From assembly GCF_003704095.1 (NCBI RefSeq), contig NW_020846501.1:496001-560000 (forward strand): a stretch of 64,000 nucleotides of DNA, read 5' to 3'. The notes under the pieces were generated by a model, which saw only the letters and a program-made list of their open reading frames with translations, made no database searches and had not been told where the DNA came from. This DNA comes from Pocillopora damicornis (Eukaryota). A program made the position numbers and the translations under genes. Positions 53,676 through 64,000 of this stretch are shown here, in pieces (the stretch's first letter is position 1; every line of letters begins with the position of its first letter).

Positions 53676-54549
53676 AATATACAGTAAAACTACTCCTACT
53701 CCTCTGATATTTATTTGCTCTTTTTTACCTCTGCCTCTTGCACTATTTAAACCTCATTAGCTTCCATTTTGGTTTTTACACTGTGGTTTACAAAGAAATT
53801 GTTAGCAGTGGAAGAAAAATTTTGCAACTCTCTTTGACAAGTTTCTTCACCACTTTGTATGTCAAAACATTCTCCTTAAACAGTGTGCTAACAAAGGAAA
53901 CCTTTGTACACTATGGTATGTGCAGCTTAATTTTAATTAAAACGGTTAAATTGATTGGAATAGACAGCATTACCTCATCAACACCATGATTGTGTACAAC
54001 TAGGTTAAATTTTAAAAATAGAGCATAAATTTGTCATAAAAATTAGTTTGTATTTAACTTTTAGCAAGTAATATTAACTTCTGCTAAAATCATCAGTCTT
54101 AATTACACATTGTGCAAGAGAGTTCAAGGCAATTATCAGTTGGCTTTCCATCAGTATATTCAATTCTAAAGTACAATAATTGCCATTACTCTTGGTAAAT
54201 ATTCCTATTTTCTGAACAGTATTTGAAGAATAACTTTCCTGATTTTGGCTTTATGAAGACATAAGCCTGCTATGTAGTGGAGTGACATCTTAGTGGTACA
54301 GAAGTTTAATAGAAATGCTCTGTTATTTAAATAGGAGAACTTTATATTGTTGAATTTTTATATAGTTATTAAACTACAAAAAATTAAGGAAGTGATCTTG
54401 TATGTGTCCTCACTACCAGTCTGTGTTCCTGTGCCCCATTTGTTTTTAATTTCATCCTAAACTCATTAATGGTTTCACACTTCTTTTTGCATTCACTTTT
54501 TATACAATGCAACAACCACTAATAAAGAATATTAAGCATTTTCATATGC

Positions 54550-57500
54550 TTATTGAAGACCTAGAGATTTCTTTACAATCTGTCTTGCTATTTCATTGAA
54601 TTTTTCTCGATTTTCTCTCCACATTTTCTAAGAGGAAAAAAGGAAACATGAATTAAGGTCTAAAACCTGAAAAGAAAAAGAACTGTCGTGCAGAGGTTCA
54701 GATCATTTTTACCTTGGAAGAAAATATTCAAACGTAATAAGTTTGAACCACAACATTTACATGTTGTAAAACTATTATGGACTTGAAGAGGGTTCCTCAA
54801 AGTATCAAGGAAAAAAAACCATACAGAATAAAGAAGAGAAAACAACCACAGCAAACATTTTATATCTCCTTCACACTGGAATAAAATAATGACCCAATCA
54901 TAATAATACTCACCGAAGCATCTACATTTGCCCCACTTTCATCATTTGGTTCTGTGACAAACAATAACAAGGGAAAGAACTTAAAACAAATATGAACTCA
55001 AAGGTGAAAATGTGGTTTGTTGGTACTTCTTAGATGGACAATAATTATTGTCCTCAATGATCTGTCCAAACTTGCCAGTACAGATAGGTAGGCAGAATAG
55101 AGATTAGAGACAAATAACACTTAATAATGCAAAGGGTCCCACACAATTTCTTCACAGAATTAGAACTTACAGGGTACTAAGTGTTCAAGTTCAAATATTG
55201 AAATTACTTTCCGTTTTCAACATAAAGCTAGGTAAGATACTGGTACTCTCCATTGCATGTAAGTCTATATTCAAAATGGGACTTTCACCATTTAACTAAC
55301 CTGCCAGCATACTAACAACAGACAGAAGTATTTTCTCTACAGACTGAACAGGACTCCATCTTTCAGCACTACTCTCATACCCCATGGGATCATCACCAGG
55401 GGCATGTAGAATGGAGATACACACTCTTCCATCAGGATAAACTTTAAAAAAGCACAGCAGAAACAAAAAAACATTCTGTAATTGAACCATTTGCACAATC
55501 ATCCAAAATTATAAATAAGCACACCGTGAGGTAACATGTCCTATGAAACACCATCTTCATTAAAGGAACACAACACTACCTCTGACTGTGGAGCCTTGTA
55601 AGGCCTCCAATTATCAGGAGATACAATGTACATATATGTAGAAGGACACTGAGATGATTTAGTTTGTTCTGATAACTTCTTCTGTACTCCCCTCAAGTAA
55701 GAGATACAACTCTCAGATAATTCAGCAAGATGAATTTTGTGATTAAAAACCAAAAGCAAATATAATGAATAATAAGTGGAATCATGGTAAATCTCATACT
55801 CCACAGATAAACATATGATACATGAGAACAATTTGCTCATTGTACAAATTTTCCTTTGCCCCTGTGAAGCAGTTGAAAATTCTACCCAACCCACAAAATA
55901 TCTGCATGTATTACCTTTTAATACTTGATCAGGGTGCATTTAGTTTTCCATAGAAAACATACTTAATAGGTAACCAAGGTACAGCAACATTGACAAAGGA
56001 TGGGGAAGAGGGGTGCTCTGTTATATCACATGATACAGTAGATACAGGGGCCAGTTTACATTATCAGCACAGTTGATGAAACTGAATAATCTTGTTATAC
56101 TACCCCATTGACCAGCAGTATAGTTTCTTATGAAACTTACCCCCTTTATCCATTTCTTATACAGTGTGTCTGTGAACAAATTGTCTCAATAGGTTTTGAT
56201 TTCATGATTGTAGATCTGAGGGCATCTAAAAAATGAATTTTCCATTGTAAAAGGACTTTGCAAAGCTTGTTCAGTCCCATTTTTAAGGTCATACAACAGT
56301 ACTTTAATATTACTTACCATTAGGATGGAACATTTCACATGTGAACTTCATTTTTGGAGGACTCAAAGGATAATCAGGAGGGAACACAAGTCTTGTGGTA
56401 AAAACACCTCCTTCAAATGGAGTTCCTTCTGGGCCTCTATAAAGAAACAAAGATTGACTCAGACTCCTGTAAACTTATAACAGTTGGGGCAAATATGACA
56501 CTGTGGTTAGCCTGCTTGCCTCACTCCATAGTGGCCAGCATTCCCTCCACAGGAGGTTCAAGGACCTGCCATCACATGTAGGTTGAGTTTATTTTTGGTT
56601 CTCATCCTTGCCTAGAAAGTTTTCAAGGTTCTCTTATTTACCTTCCTCCACAAACACTAACAATCCAAAACTCTAATTTAACCTTGAGGGCAGCAGAGGA
56701 GAACACCACTTGTGTGGTGCTACTATCAATTCCTTTCCTTCACTTTATTCAATACATGAAAAGATGGGGAAACAAGAAATTCAGTCCAATTGACTGATAC
56801 AGAGTTTCACAGTTCCCTGACAACAGTGACTATGGATAGTAATTATTTCTTTCTGTAGAGGGGATGCTACATGTAGTTCAGAACTGAATATTTTGAGGTT
56901 TCCCTGACAGTTGAGAGGTTGCCATTCATACTCCTCTAGACAAGAAGAGGCACAATGAAAATTATCCAACCCAAAAACTAAACAGTGAACCAACTATCAC
57001 CCCATTATCCAGTGTTTATCATGCTATCACAATAACACATAACAATAACAAACGCAACAAAAATTTCCTCACTTACGTTATCAAAGCCTCCCATTCAAAA
57101 AAGTTTTCCTCAGATAGTGGTCCTTTAAACAAACAAAAACCATTGTTTAATTGAATCATTTAGCAATTAGTTTTATTCATATATTGATTTTCACTTGGAA
57201 TAAACAAAAGAGAAAACCAATTTTAGAAAAATTATCATTTTAGTTTAAAGTTCTCTAGAAATTTTTCTCCCCTCCTTTAACCAAGCATACAAATTAATAT
57301 GAGATTCCACAAAAAAAAATCAACATACATGTATCATCAAATATATTTAACACCCAAATAACTGTTATCAACTAAAAGAAACTTAGCAGACAACACACCT
57401 GCAAGAATACCTTCTGGAGAGTTCAGGGTTAGCTCTGTTGAATTGAAACACAATTTAATTAAAGTCTTCAATTGTTATTAGTTCAACTGTTATTAGTTCA

Positions 57501-57986
57501 TTCAAGAGTATTAATTTGCTGCCATTTTTCGTTTCCTTGGGATGGACCCAATGAGAGTTTAAAATATCGATTAGCGATTATTTAACGCTAACTCTGATTA
57601 CCGGTAATGAAGCGCTTTTCGAATATAACAAGATGCAATGATGTGACGGATTGAAATCTTATTCTGTAGTTACACACATTTTAACTGTTTTGACATATCA
57701 TTTTCTAATTTCAGACCTATTCATTTCACGTGAGCAGTATTTAAACAGTTCCCAAGCTCAAAAAATAAATAACCTACGTCATTGTCTACATTTACGACTA
57801 AACATTCAGATGATCAGTTTCTAAACTAAACAAATTTTTAAGTTTTCTAGCAAAATTATATTTTTTGAATCTAGGTTGGAAAAATTACGAACTGTTACAA
57901 ATAAGAATCACTACGAAATTTCAAACTTTTCGAGCTGACTTACGTTTATACTCAGCCATAAGCCTCTTGAGAGCAGCCCCTGCCAT
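54550..57986 (-). CDS. UBE2G2: Ubiquitin-conjugating enzyme E2 G2 (Ubc7, ERAD)
   Basis: Exons 57986-57944 ([14 protein letters not shown]), 57434-57399, 57122-57077 (NFFEWEAL), 56436-56318 ([16 protein letters not shown]), 55441-55301 ([38 protein letters not shown]), 54951-54914, 54627-54550. Confidence 0.97.
56485..56735 (+). mobile_element. Degenerate tRNA-derived SINE remnant in a UBE2G2 intron
   Basis: A/B-box-like GTGGTTAGC...GGTTCAAG followed by GGTTGAGTTT..TTGGTTCTC..CCTTG...CCTTCCTCCACAAA, resembling from memory the core of common invertebrate SINEs. Confidence 0.45.
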
Positions 57987-58171
57987 TTTTTTGTGCGTTT
58001 AGTTCCCAATGGCCAAAAAAGCTGCCTATTTTCTCAAGGAAACATCGCGTCTACACATCACTTTCTCAGAACTTGTTAGCCTTTGTACAAATTAGGAGCC
58101 CACTGAGATTTGGCCAGCACAGGTGCTTACGAACCGAAAGTACGTGGTATATGTCGATAACAAGATGGCGG
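57987..58171. promoter_or_regulatory. Compact bidirectional promoter region between UBE2G2 and LSM5
   Basis: Divergent ATGs separated by 178 bp; YY1-like motifs overlap both start codons (CAAGATGGCGG at 58161-58171; AAAATGGC on the minus strand). Confidence 0.7.
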
Positions 58172-60220
58172 CTGTTGCAAACGAATCCCAATTAATTCTA
58201 CCGCTAGGTGAGTTTTACGTCTGTTTCCTTACGATTTATTACTTTAAACATTGACGATGGGTACGAGCTATAATAAATAGGTAAAATTTAATCCTGCTAT
58301 AATGCAAAAAGTGGACAACTTCGTCAAATCCAGTATGGAAATGCGTCGTACACTTCTACCTTACAATAACACGTGCAACGATCGTGATTTATACGTAGCT
58401 GTCAAAGTATTAATTGCAGAAATGTTCGGCTGATGTGGAAGTAGATTCTCCCATCTGCAGCTATAAACAAATAATGAAGCAAAGTGAAAATAATTCGTTT
58501 GTAAAAAGTGTTTGTTTCTATCAGAATTAATCGACAAGTGCATTGGATCTCGAATTCACATTGTCATGAAGAGTGATAAGGAGATTGTCGGAGTACTTCT
58601 GGGGTTTGATGATTATGTCAGTATCCTTTCTGTCTGTTGACTACTTGGACAGTAACATATGCTGGTCCTACCAAATAAAACTTAACTAAATTAAACTACG
58701 CTTCAGAATAATTTAAATTAGTACAAGCTATTGTTCTTGGTCAACGAAAATGTAAGGAAAAGCTGCTGGCCTGTTAGAACCCCAACCCTATTATAGTCAA
58801 TTCTGTGGACAATTTTAGTCCCCACCTTAGTCACTTTTGGGTGAATGCAATATTTGTAATCCCAACTTTGTCACTTTCTGTTTATGTAACTACCTTATAA
58901 AGCCTTTTTGATAGGCCATTTTTAAATCCCTAGTTAGCAGCATTTTCTTAACTCCAGAATCCCAAAAATGTGCAAGCCCATTCTGATAACTCTATTAAAA
59001 ATGCAACACCATTGTGCACAATAGTCAATTAGTCACAAAAATGTGACCCCATCCAACAGCACTCTCCCAATAGCCTATTACATGGGTGTACCCCTTAGGA
59101 CTTTTGTCCTTACTTCCTTCTGTTTCAGGTCTGTCATTTGTTTTATTTTGTGAGAACAATTTGCTATTCATCCTTGATTTGTTCTCAGACATTGTTTTAG
59201 AAGATGTTACAGTATTGTAAGTATACAGAATTTCAATTTTTCGCAATCTAATTAAGAGGTGTACATTGTGCATGCATTACCAACAGCGACTTTCTCTAAC
59301 TTGTAAATAGATTTAACTGTGAGACTTGAAAGGCATTTCTCTAAATACCCTCACCCCCTCTCCACAGACATGATTTATGAGGTGGTAAGATCTAGTGGAA
59401 ATGTTATGTTTAATTTTGACAGTGAAAGCACACCAGAAGGACGAAGAATGACAAAACTTGACCAGATTCTGCTCAATGGGAATAACATAACCATGGTATG
59501 TAAATCTAAAAATGTTGATAAGATTTTTGGTCAATGTTTACTTAAAGTAATCATAGTGAAGCCTTTGTTTGTAGGCACTAGGTGCCTTTGTCATTTATTG
59601 AGACAAAGCTTACCAAGTATGTGAAAGAAATCACCACAAACCCTGTACACACATAAACACTGATGTAGTTACCTGTTTTTTTTTTCTTTTTCATGGAGAC
59701 CTTTGCATCATGTGAATATTTTGTACAGCGTGAACTGCTACCCTGAATTTATTATGTTTTCCCATGTTCCCTTCTCTTAATTTCTTTTCAGCTCATTCCT
59801 GGTGGAGAGTATCCTTTGTCAAATGACTTGCAATTGTCTCTTTTATCATTTGTAGGAGGTGTTTAAGTATTTTTGTCACTTTTCTATAAACTTGGTTCTC
59901 CTTCTTTTAGTAGTCCAGGATTTCCACATTTCCTTTTTTCCACCAAAATATACAGATTGTAAGATAAGAATTTTGCTGAGAACTTTGTCAGAATTTTTGT
60001 CAGTAAACACATACCATCCCTTTGTATTTTGATTTGGTTCAAGATTTTTCAAAAGGTTCTTTGCTCACTTGTTTGTTTAAGTGTTACATCATTTTTTTCT
60101 TTCCAGTTTTTGATATGGTAAAGAACATTACTTTCAGTTGTTAGTGACAAATTCATGAAATTGTTGCTTGGTTAATCAGCATTGAATCCTTAACAAATTC
60201 ACAGGGGCCCGGAAATCTGA
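58165..60220 (+). CDS. LSM5: U6 snRNA-associated Sm-like protein LSm5
   Basis: Exons 58165-58207, 58525-58620 ([31 protein letters not shown]), 59189-59216 (NIVLEDVT), 59423-59495 ([20 protein letters not shown]), 59792-59808 (LIPGG), 60205-60220 (EGPEI*). Introns 2 and 5 are U12-type. Confidence 0.96.
58621..59188 (+). other. U12-type (minor spliceosome) GT-AG intron 2 of LSM5
   Basis: 5' site GTATCCTTT at 58621; branch-point-like TCCTTGAT at 59171-59178, 10 nt before the 3' AG; splicing restores FDDYV-N-IVLEDVT. Confidence 0.9.
58765..59095. mobile_element. Probable interspersed repeat inserted in LSM5 U12 intron 2
   Basis: Internal inverted motifs TAGTCACTTTTGGG / CCCAAAAATGTG / AAAAATGTGACCCCATC and terminal GTACCCC, typical of short non-autonomous DNA elements. 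Confidence 0.4.
59809..60204 (+). other. U12-type (minor spliceosome) GT-AG intron 5 of LSM5
   Basis: 5' site GTATCCTTT at 59809; perfect branch point TCCTTAAC at 60187-60194; CAG at 60202-60204; splicing restores the conserved C-terminus LIPGG-E-GPEI*. Confidence 0.92.
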
Positions 60221-60694
60221 TGTGTGCAACAAGCATTGAAAGGAATCAGCCTCTAAAATCATACATCTGTATATACAATGTCTGTTTTTAACAGATACAC
60301 TCAGAGATCCTTCCCTCATTTACAGCTGTATTAGTTTCCAAGTGAAAAGAAATGGAATTAAAGAAAACATGTGGAGTCTTGATTCACTGAATAACTACTT
60401 AAGGATATCAAGGGTGGGGCTGTGACAAGACCCCTCACTTTCCCATTGCTTGTGTGGCTGGAAGAAGGGAAGTTTTTTCCAACACAAAGTGCAAATTTTG
60501 AAATGGACAAACCCCAACAATTGCACATATGTACCAAACAGGCCGCAAACCAATACACCAATTAGAACTGGTTTTAATTTGTTGTCTGGTTTAGTCCTTG
60601 CTTTTTCCCAACTCTCAAAGTCCCAATTCAACTAAGAAACAGTGGATGGACTGGCCCTCCTTAAATGTGTTACTGCTAGGTTTTTTCAAAAATT

Positions 60695-60869
60695 TTAAGC
60701 CTTTGACTCCATGGAGTGACTGGCATCTAACTTCCCCTGCCAACAACACCCCTAAATCAAAAATTGAGGTCATGACAATGAAGGAAATGATCACCTTAGC
60801 AGCCCCTTGGGAAATAAATGGAGAACAGTATGAAGAAAATGTATACTGATGTTGAGGTACAAAAGGTGT
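60695..60869 (-). mobile_element. MITE family 1 copy, inverted and degenerate
   Basis: Reverse complement reads CCTCAACATCAGTATACATTTTCTTCATACTGTTCTC...GGTGATCATTTCCTTCATTGTCATGACC...GGCTTAA, matching the 1364 and 27499 copies. Confidence 0.6.
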
Positions 60870-61396
60870 CCTAGTTTGTCCAAAGCCTGCTTTCTTTCAC
60901 ACCATTGTCCAAAGTACAAGCAAGGAGAGCAAAATGGTACCTAAGCAAACATAAAGGGTTATGGAAAAGAGAACATAGAAACATTTTTTCTTCTGCTCTA
61001 TGCCTGTTCCTGGGATGTTCTTGACTATGAAGGAAAAAACCTACAGGGTAATGTACAGATGTATAAGTGTCTTCTGAACCTGAGATGGCTACTGAGGAAG
61101 AATTGAAGAGAAAGGAAAAAGTAAAACAAAAGAAAGCATGGCACTGACAGCAATCAGTTGTCTGAAGCCAACTTCTGTTGAGCTACATGCATTATACTGT
61201 TTTATTTATTTCCAACAATTTATTCCATAGAGAAATTTATTCAACATTCATTCATTAATTCTTGTTTTTTTTTTCATCATTAGAAAACCACTCTCTAAAT
61301 ACTTAAATTAGCTCAGCATTGTGTGTTGCCATATTTCAGATGTGTTTTTCACAGTAACAAATTCTGCACAAAATCACAAAACAATAATAACTTGAG

Positions 61397-64000
61397 TTAA
61401 AGTTTCTGTTTAAGCCCATCAATATTCAGCACTTTACTCCTCTCCTGTTCACTGTTAAGGATTCTTGACAGCCTGGTGTGCATGTTTTCAAGGGTCTTGG
61501 GTGAAATCTTTGTCAACAGGTTTAACTCTTGGATCCAGTGGTGTTGAATCTCTTTCTTTTGAAGTGCATCCCTCAAAAAGGTCACAAAACCTGTAAAATG
61601 CTCTGCTAAGCTGTCTTGACCCCAGTCACTGGTTGTTTTGTTGTACCAGAGTAGACCCATTTTGAGATGGAATGATGTTAAAGGTGAAAATGTTGCTTCT
61701 TTGTGGAGAACTGTGCTTACCACTTTAAACAAGCTGTGCCGACAACCATGGTCTTTGTCCATGTCTTTAAGGAGGGCCTTCTGCATTAAGGTGTATGACT
61801 TGATCCAGGCTGTGTCCTGGACCACACCCACTGGTAAATGACTGGGTTGAGAAGATGGTGGAACAAAATACTCACTGCCAAGTTGAAATGTTGGCACAAA
61901 CTGAACCTCCAAAGCCTTTGACTGCTCACGCATGCAAACTTTCACACTACTGGAGTTTGAAGCTTTCAAAGACATTGTTGAAGCTCCTTCACTATTAATA
62001 TTCTGCACAGCACTGGTAACTAGCTTGAAAAGCCAGTTTTGGAATTTTACAGGCATAAGGAAACCATCTGGATTGGAAAACTCTTTGTAAGGAGAATCTT
62101 CTGTTGCCTTTATACCTGCATATCCTGCATCATTTACTTCAAAATCAATGAGGCTGTTTTTTGCGTTCAAGGCAAGGAAGATAACAGCATCATCAGCATC
62201 GGAATGTGTGGTTTTCAAATTTTCATACAAACTTCCACCATATTCAAACTTACTAATGAGATCAGATTTCTCCATGCAGCATTTCAGCACTCCATCTTTC
62301 ACAACCTGCTCCACAATTTCCTTACACCACTTTGTATCTTCACTGAGAATTGTGCCCAGGCTGTCAAGGAATCTTCGCAAGACTTGCAAAAGATCTGTAG
62401 AAGTTTGTGGCATATTGGGTTGACATAGCTTTGGTTTCCCTGGTGATGTGACTGGACAGTTTTCAACTCCATTGCCATTTGTAGTCATTGGAACTGTGAC
62501 TGAATAAAAAGTTCTGTTTTTTAATATGCCATGTTAATTTTTCCAAACTTTAGATCCTGGAAAAATTAAATTAGATAGGTCTCTGACCACCATACAATCT
62601 TTTGTCCTACAAATGTCAACTATTGTTATTGCTGAGTACCACACAGACTCCAAGTGATTAATAAGTAACTTCTCCTTCTAATATCCATGGAATATTCAGC
62701 CAGCTGGTGTTAAGAATATTCAAACTTATCAGGTACAAGTTGTTATCAGATCTAACATCAAATTCTCATAACTAATTTACAAGGAAATCTGTAGCAGCTG
62801 GAGGGGAGAATTACCTTCAGATTTTGGGAATTAAAGGGTTCAGATGGCTAGGAATGAGTGAGGGGTACCACACATATATTATTTTTTTGTACAGAAGATT
62901 CTTATATGTTAAGACCCAAGGTTATCTCACAGGTAAAAAATGATAAAAGCAGAAACCAATCAAAGAGACACTTACTGTTACATTTAAGGACTTTATTCCT
63001 TTCTTTGTCACTATCCAAAATCCTGCGCAGCCTACAAGCCATGTTTTCCAGAGTTTTACCAGGTACATTTTCCAAGAGGTTGACCCCTTCAATCCAGAAG
63101 TGATCCAGAATCTTGCTATTTACTGCAGCATAGAGCAACTCCAAGTACTCAATAAACCTCTCCCCAAGCATGTCTTTATCCCATGAAACCTTTGCATTAG
63201 TGTTGTACCTCAAAAATACTGTTTTTAAATGGTAACTTGTCAGTTTAGCAAAAGTTGCCTCTCCTCTAATGATGCTTTTGATAATTCGGAGAAGTTCATG
63301 TCTACAACCACCATCCTCTTTATCCATTTCTTGCAGTCTTGCTTTCTCCTTCAGTGAGAATGACTGTCGCCAGAGAAGCTTGCAATCACAGGTGGCAGCC
63401 GTGTTCCCTGTATAGGATTTTGCCACAAAGTAGTCCATGGCACCAATCCTAAATGTTGGGACCAAATCAGCAGACAGCTTCTTTCCCAAGTTGCTGTCTG
63501 TGATATCAAGCTGAACGGCTGGGCCATGCGCTCTAACCTCCATCTGAACTGGTAAAGCAAGTTCATTAACTGCCTTCTGAACAAGGCCAAAGAACCAACT
63601 TGCTCGCAGCTTCTCAGGGACAAGATAACCATCTGTGTCTGTATACTTCTTTAGTGGTGAACCATCTTTTGATACCTTTAACAGAACAAAACCAGGGACC
63701 CCAGCATCCTCTTGTATCACTTCCTGTTTGGCAGTCTGTAATACTACCATGACATCCACCTCATCAGCTGCTTCAGTTTTAAGTCTCTCATACAGGCTTC
63801 CTGTGTATTCTAGCTTACTGATGGACAGGGGTTGTGAATTGTTAAAGATGTACTGTAATACACCATTTTCTAAGTAACTGTCTACCAGACGCTTAGCTTG
63901 ATCAGTATCCTCTTTATTTATTTTCACATGGTCTGCAGAGAATCGCCTCAGCTGTTGAGTGAGCCCTGCAGTTTTGTCCAAGTTTAGTTTGGCTTGAAGC
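61397..64000 (-). CDS. Tandem cGAS-like receptor (two Mab-21/cGAS nucleotidyltransferase domains), 5'-partial
   Basis: Domain 1 exon >64000-62976 is open to the window edge (YTGSLYERLKTEAADEVDVM, SADLVPTF, WRQSFSLKEK, LTSYHLKT). A phase-1 intron 62975-62500 (A|gtaagt ... tttttattcag|TC) joins it in frame to exon 62499-61397 (YGGSLYENLK, EVQFVPTF, LTSFHLKM, NLL). Minus-strand AATAAA cluster at about 61201-61241. Confidence 0.88.
62645..62842 (-). mobile_element. TTAA-type MITE family 2 copy in the cGLR intron
   Basis: AAGTTGTTATCAGATCTAACATCAAATTCTCATAACTAATTTACAAGGAAA is the reverse complement of the core of the 43464 copy; ends TTAAAGGGTTCA. Confidence 0.65.

Noticed and set aside
60358-60631. 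Minus-strand 78-aa ORF with a hydrophobic stretch and a ttag acceptor, possibly a TM exon for the cGLR
   Set aside because: No recognisable homology, no matching donor identified, and the cGLR has its own stop and AATAAA cluster before it.

Overview
Eukaryotic, intron-rich, AT-rich genomic DNA. The gene content and TTAA-flanked MITE families suggest a cnidarian, probably a stony coral (inference). I assembled seven spliced genes by hand from GT-AG boundaries and reading frame. (1) 1-22835 (+): the 3' part of a giant muscle-type protein, Ig-Ig-SH3-SH3-DH-PH-SH3-Ig-Ig-MLCK kinase-CaM segment-telokin-like Ig-second MLCK kinase-CaM segment. Its last Ig and kinase lie in one intronless 1.65-kb exon, and it has candidate alternative first and last exons. 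(2,3) Two tandem stand-alone kinases resembling obscurin/SPEG kinase 2, with an atypical HLDIRPAN catalytic loop and a shared acidic Tyr-containing tail (24111-29332, 32482-39538). (4) PIGA. (5) A GT7 beta-1,4-glycosyltransferase predicted to transfer GalNAc. (6,7) Head-to-head UBE2G2 and LSM5; LSM5 has two minor-spliceosome (U12) introns. At the right end (-), two cGAS-like/Mab-21 ORFs splice in frame into one tandem cGLR with an intact and an apparently dead cyclase domain; it is open at the window edge. Introns carry MITEs, hairpin elements, a SINE remnant and microsatellites, and a ~241-bp satellite spans a 100-N gap.
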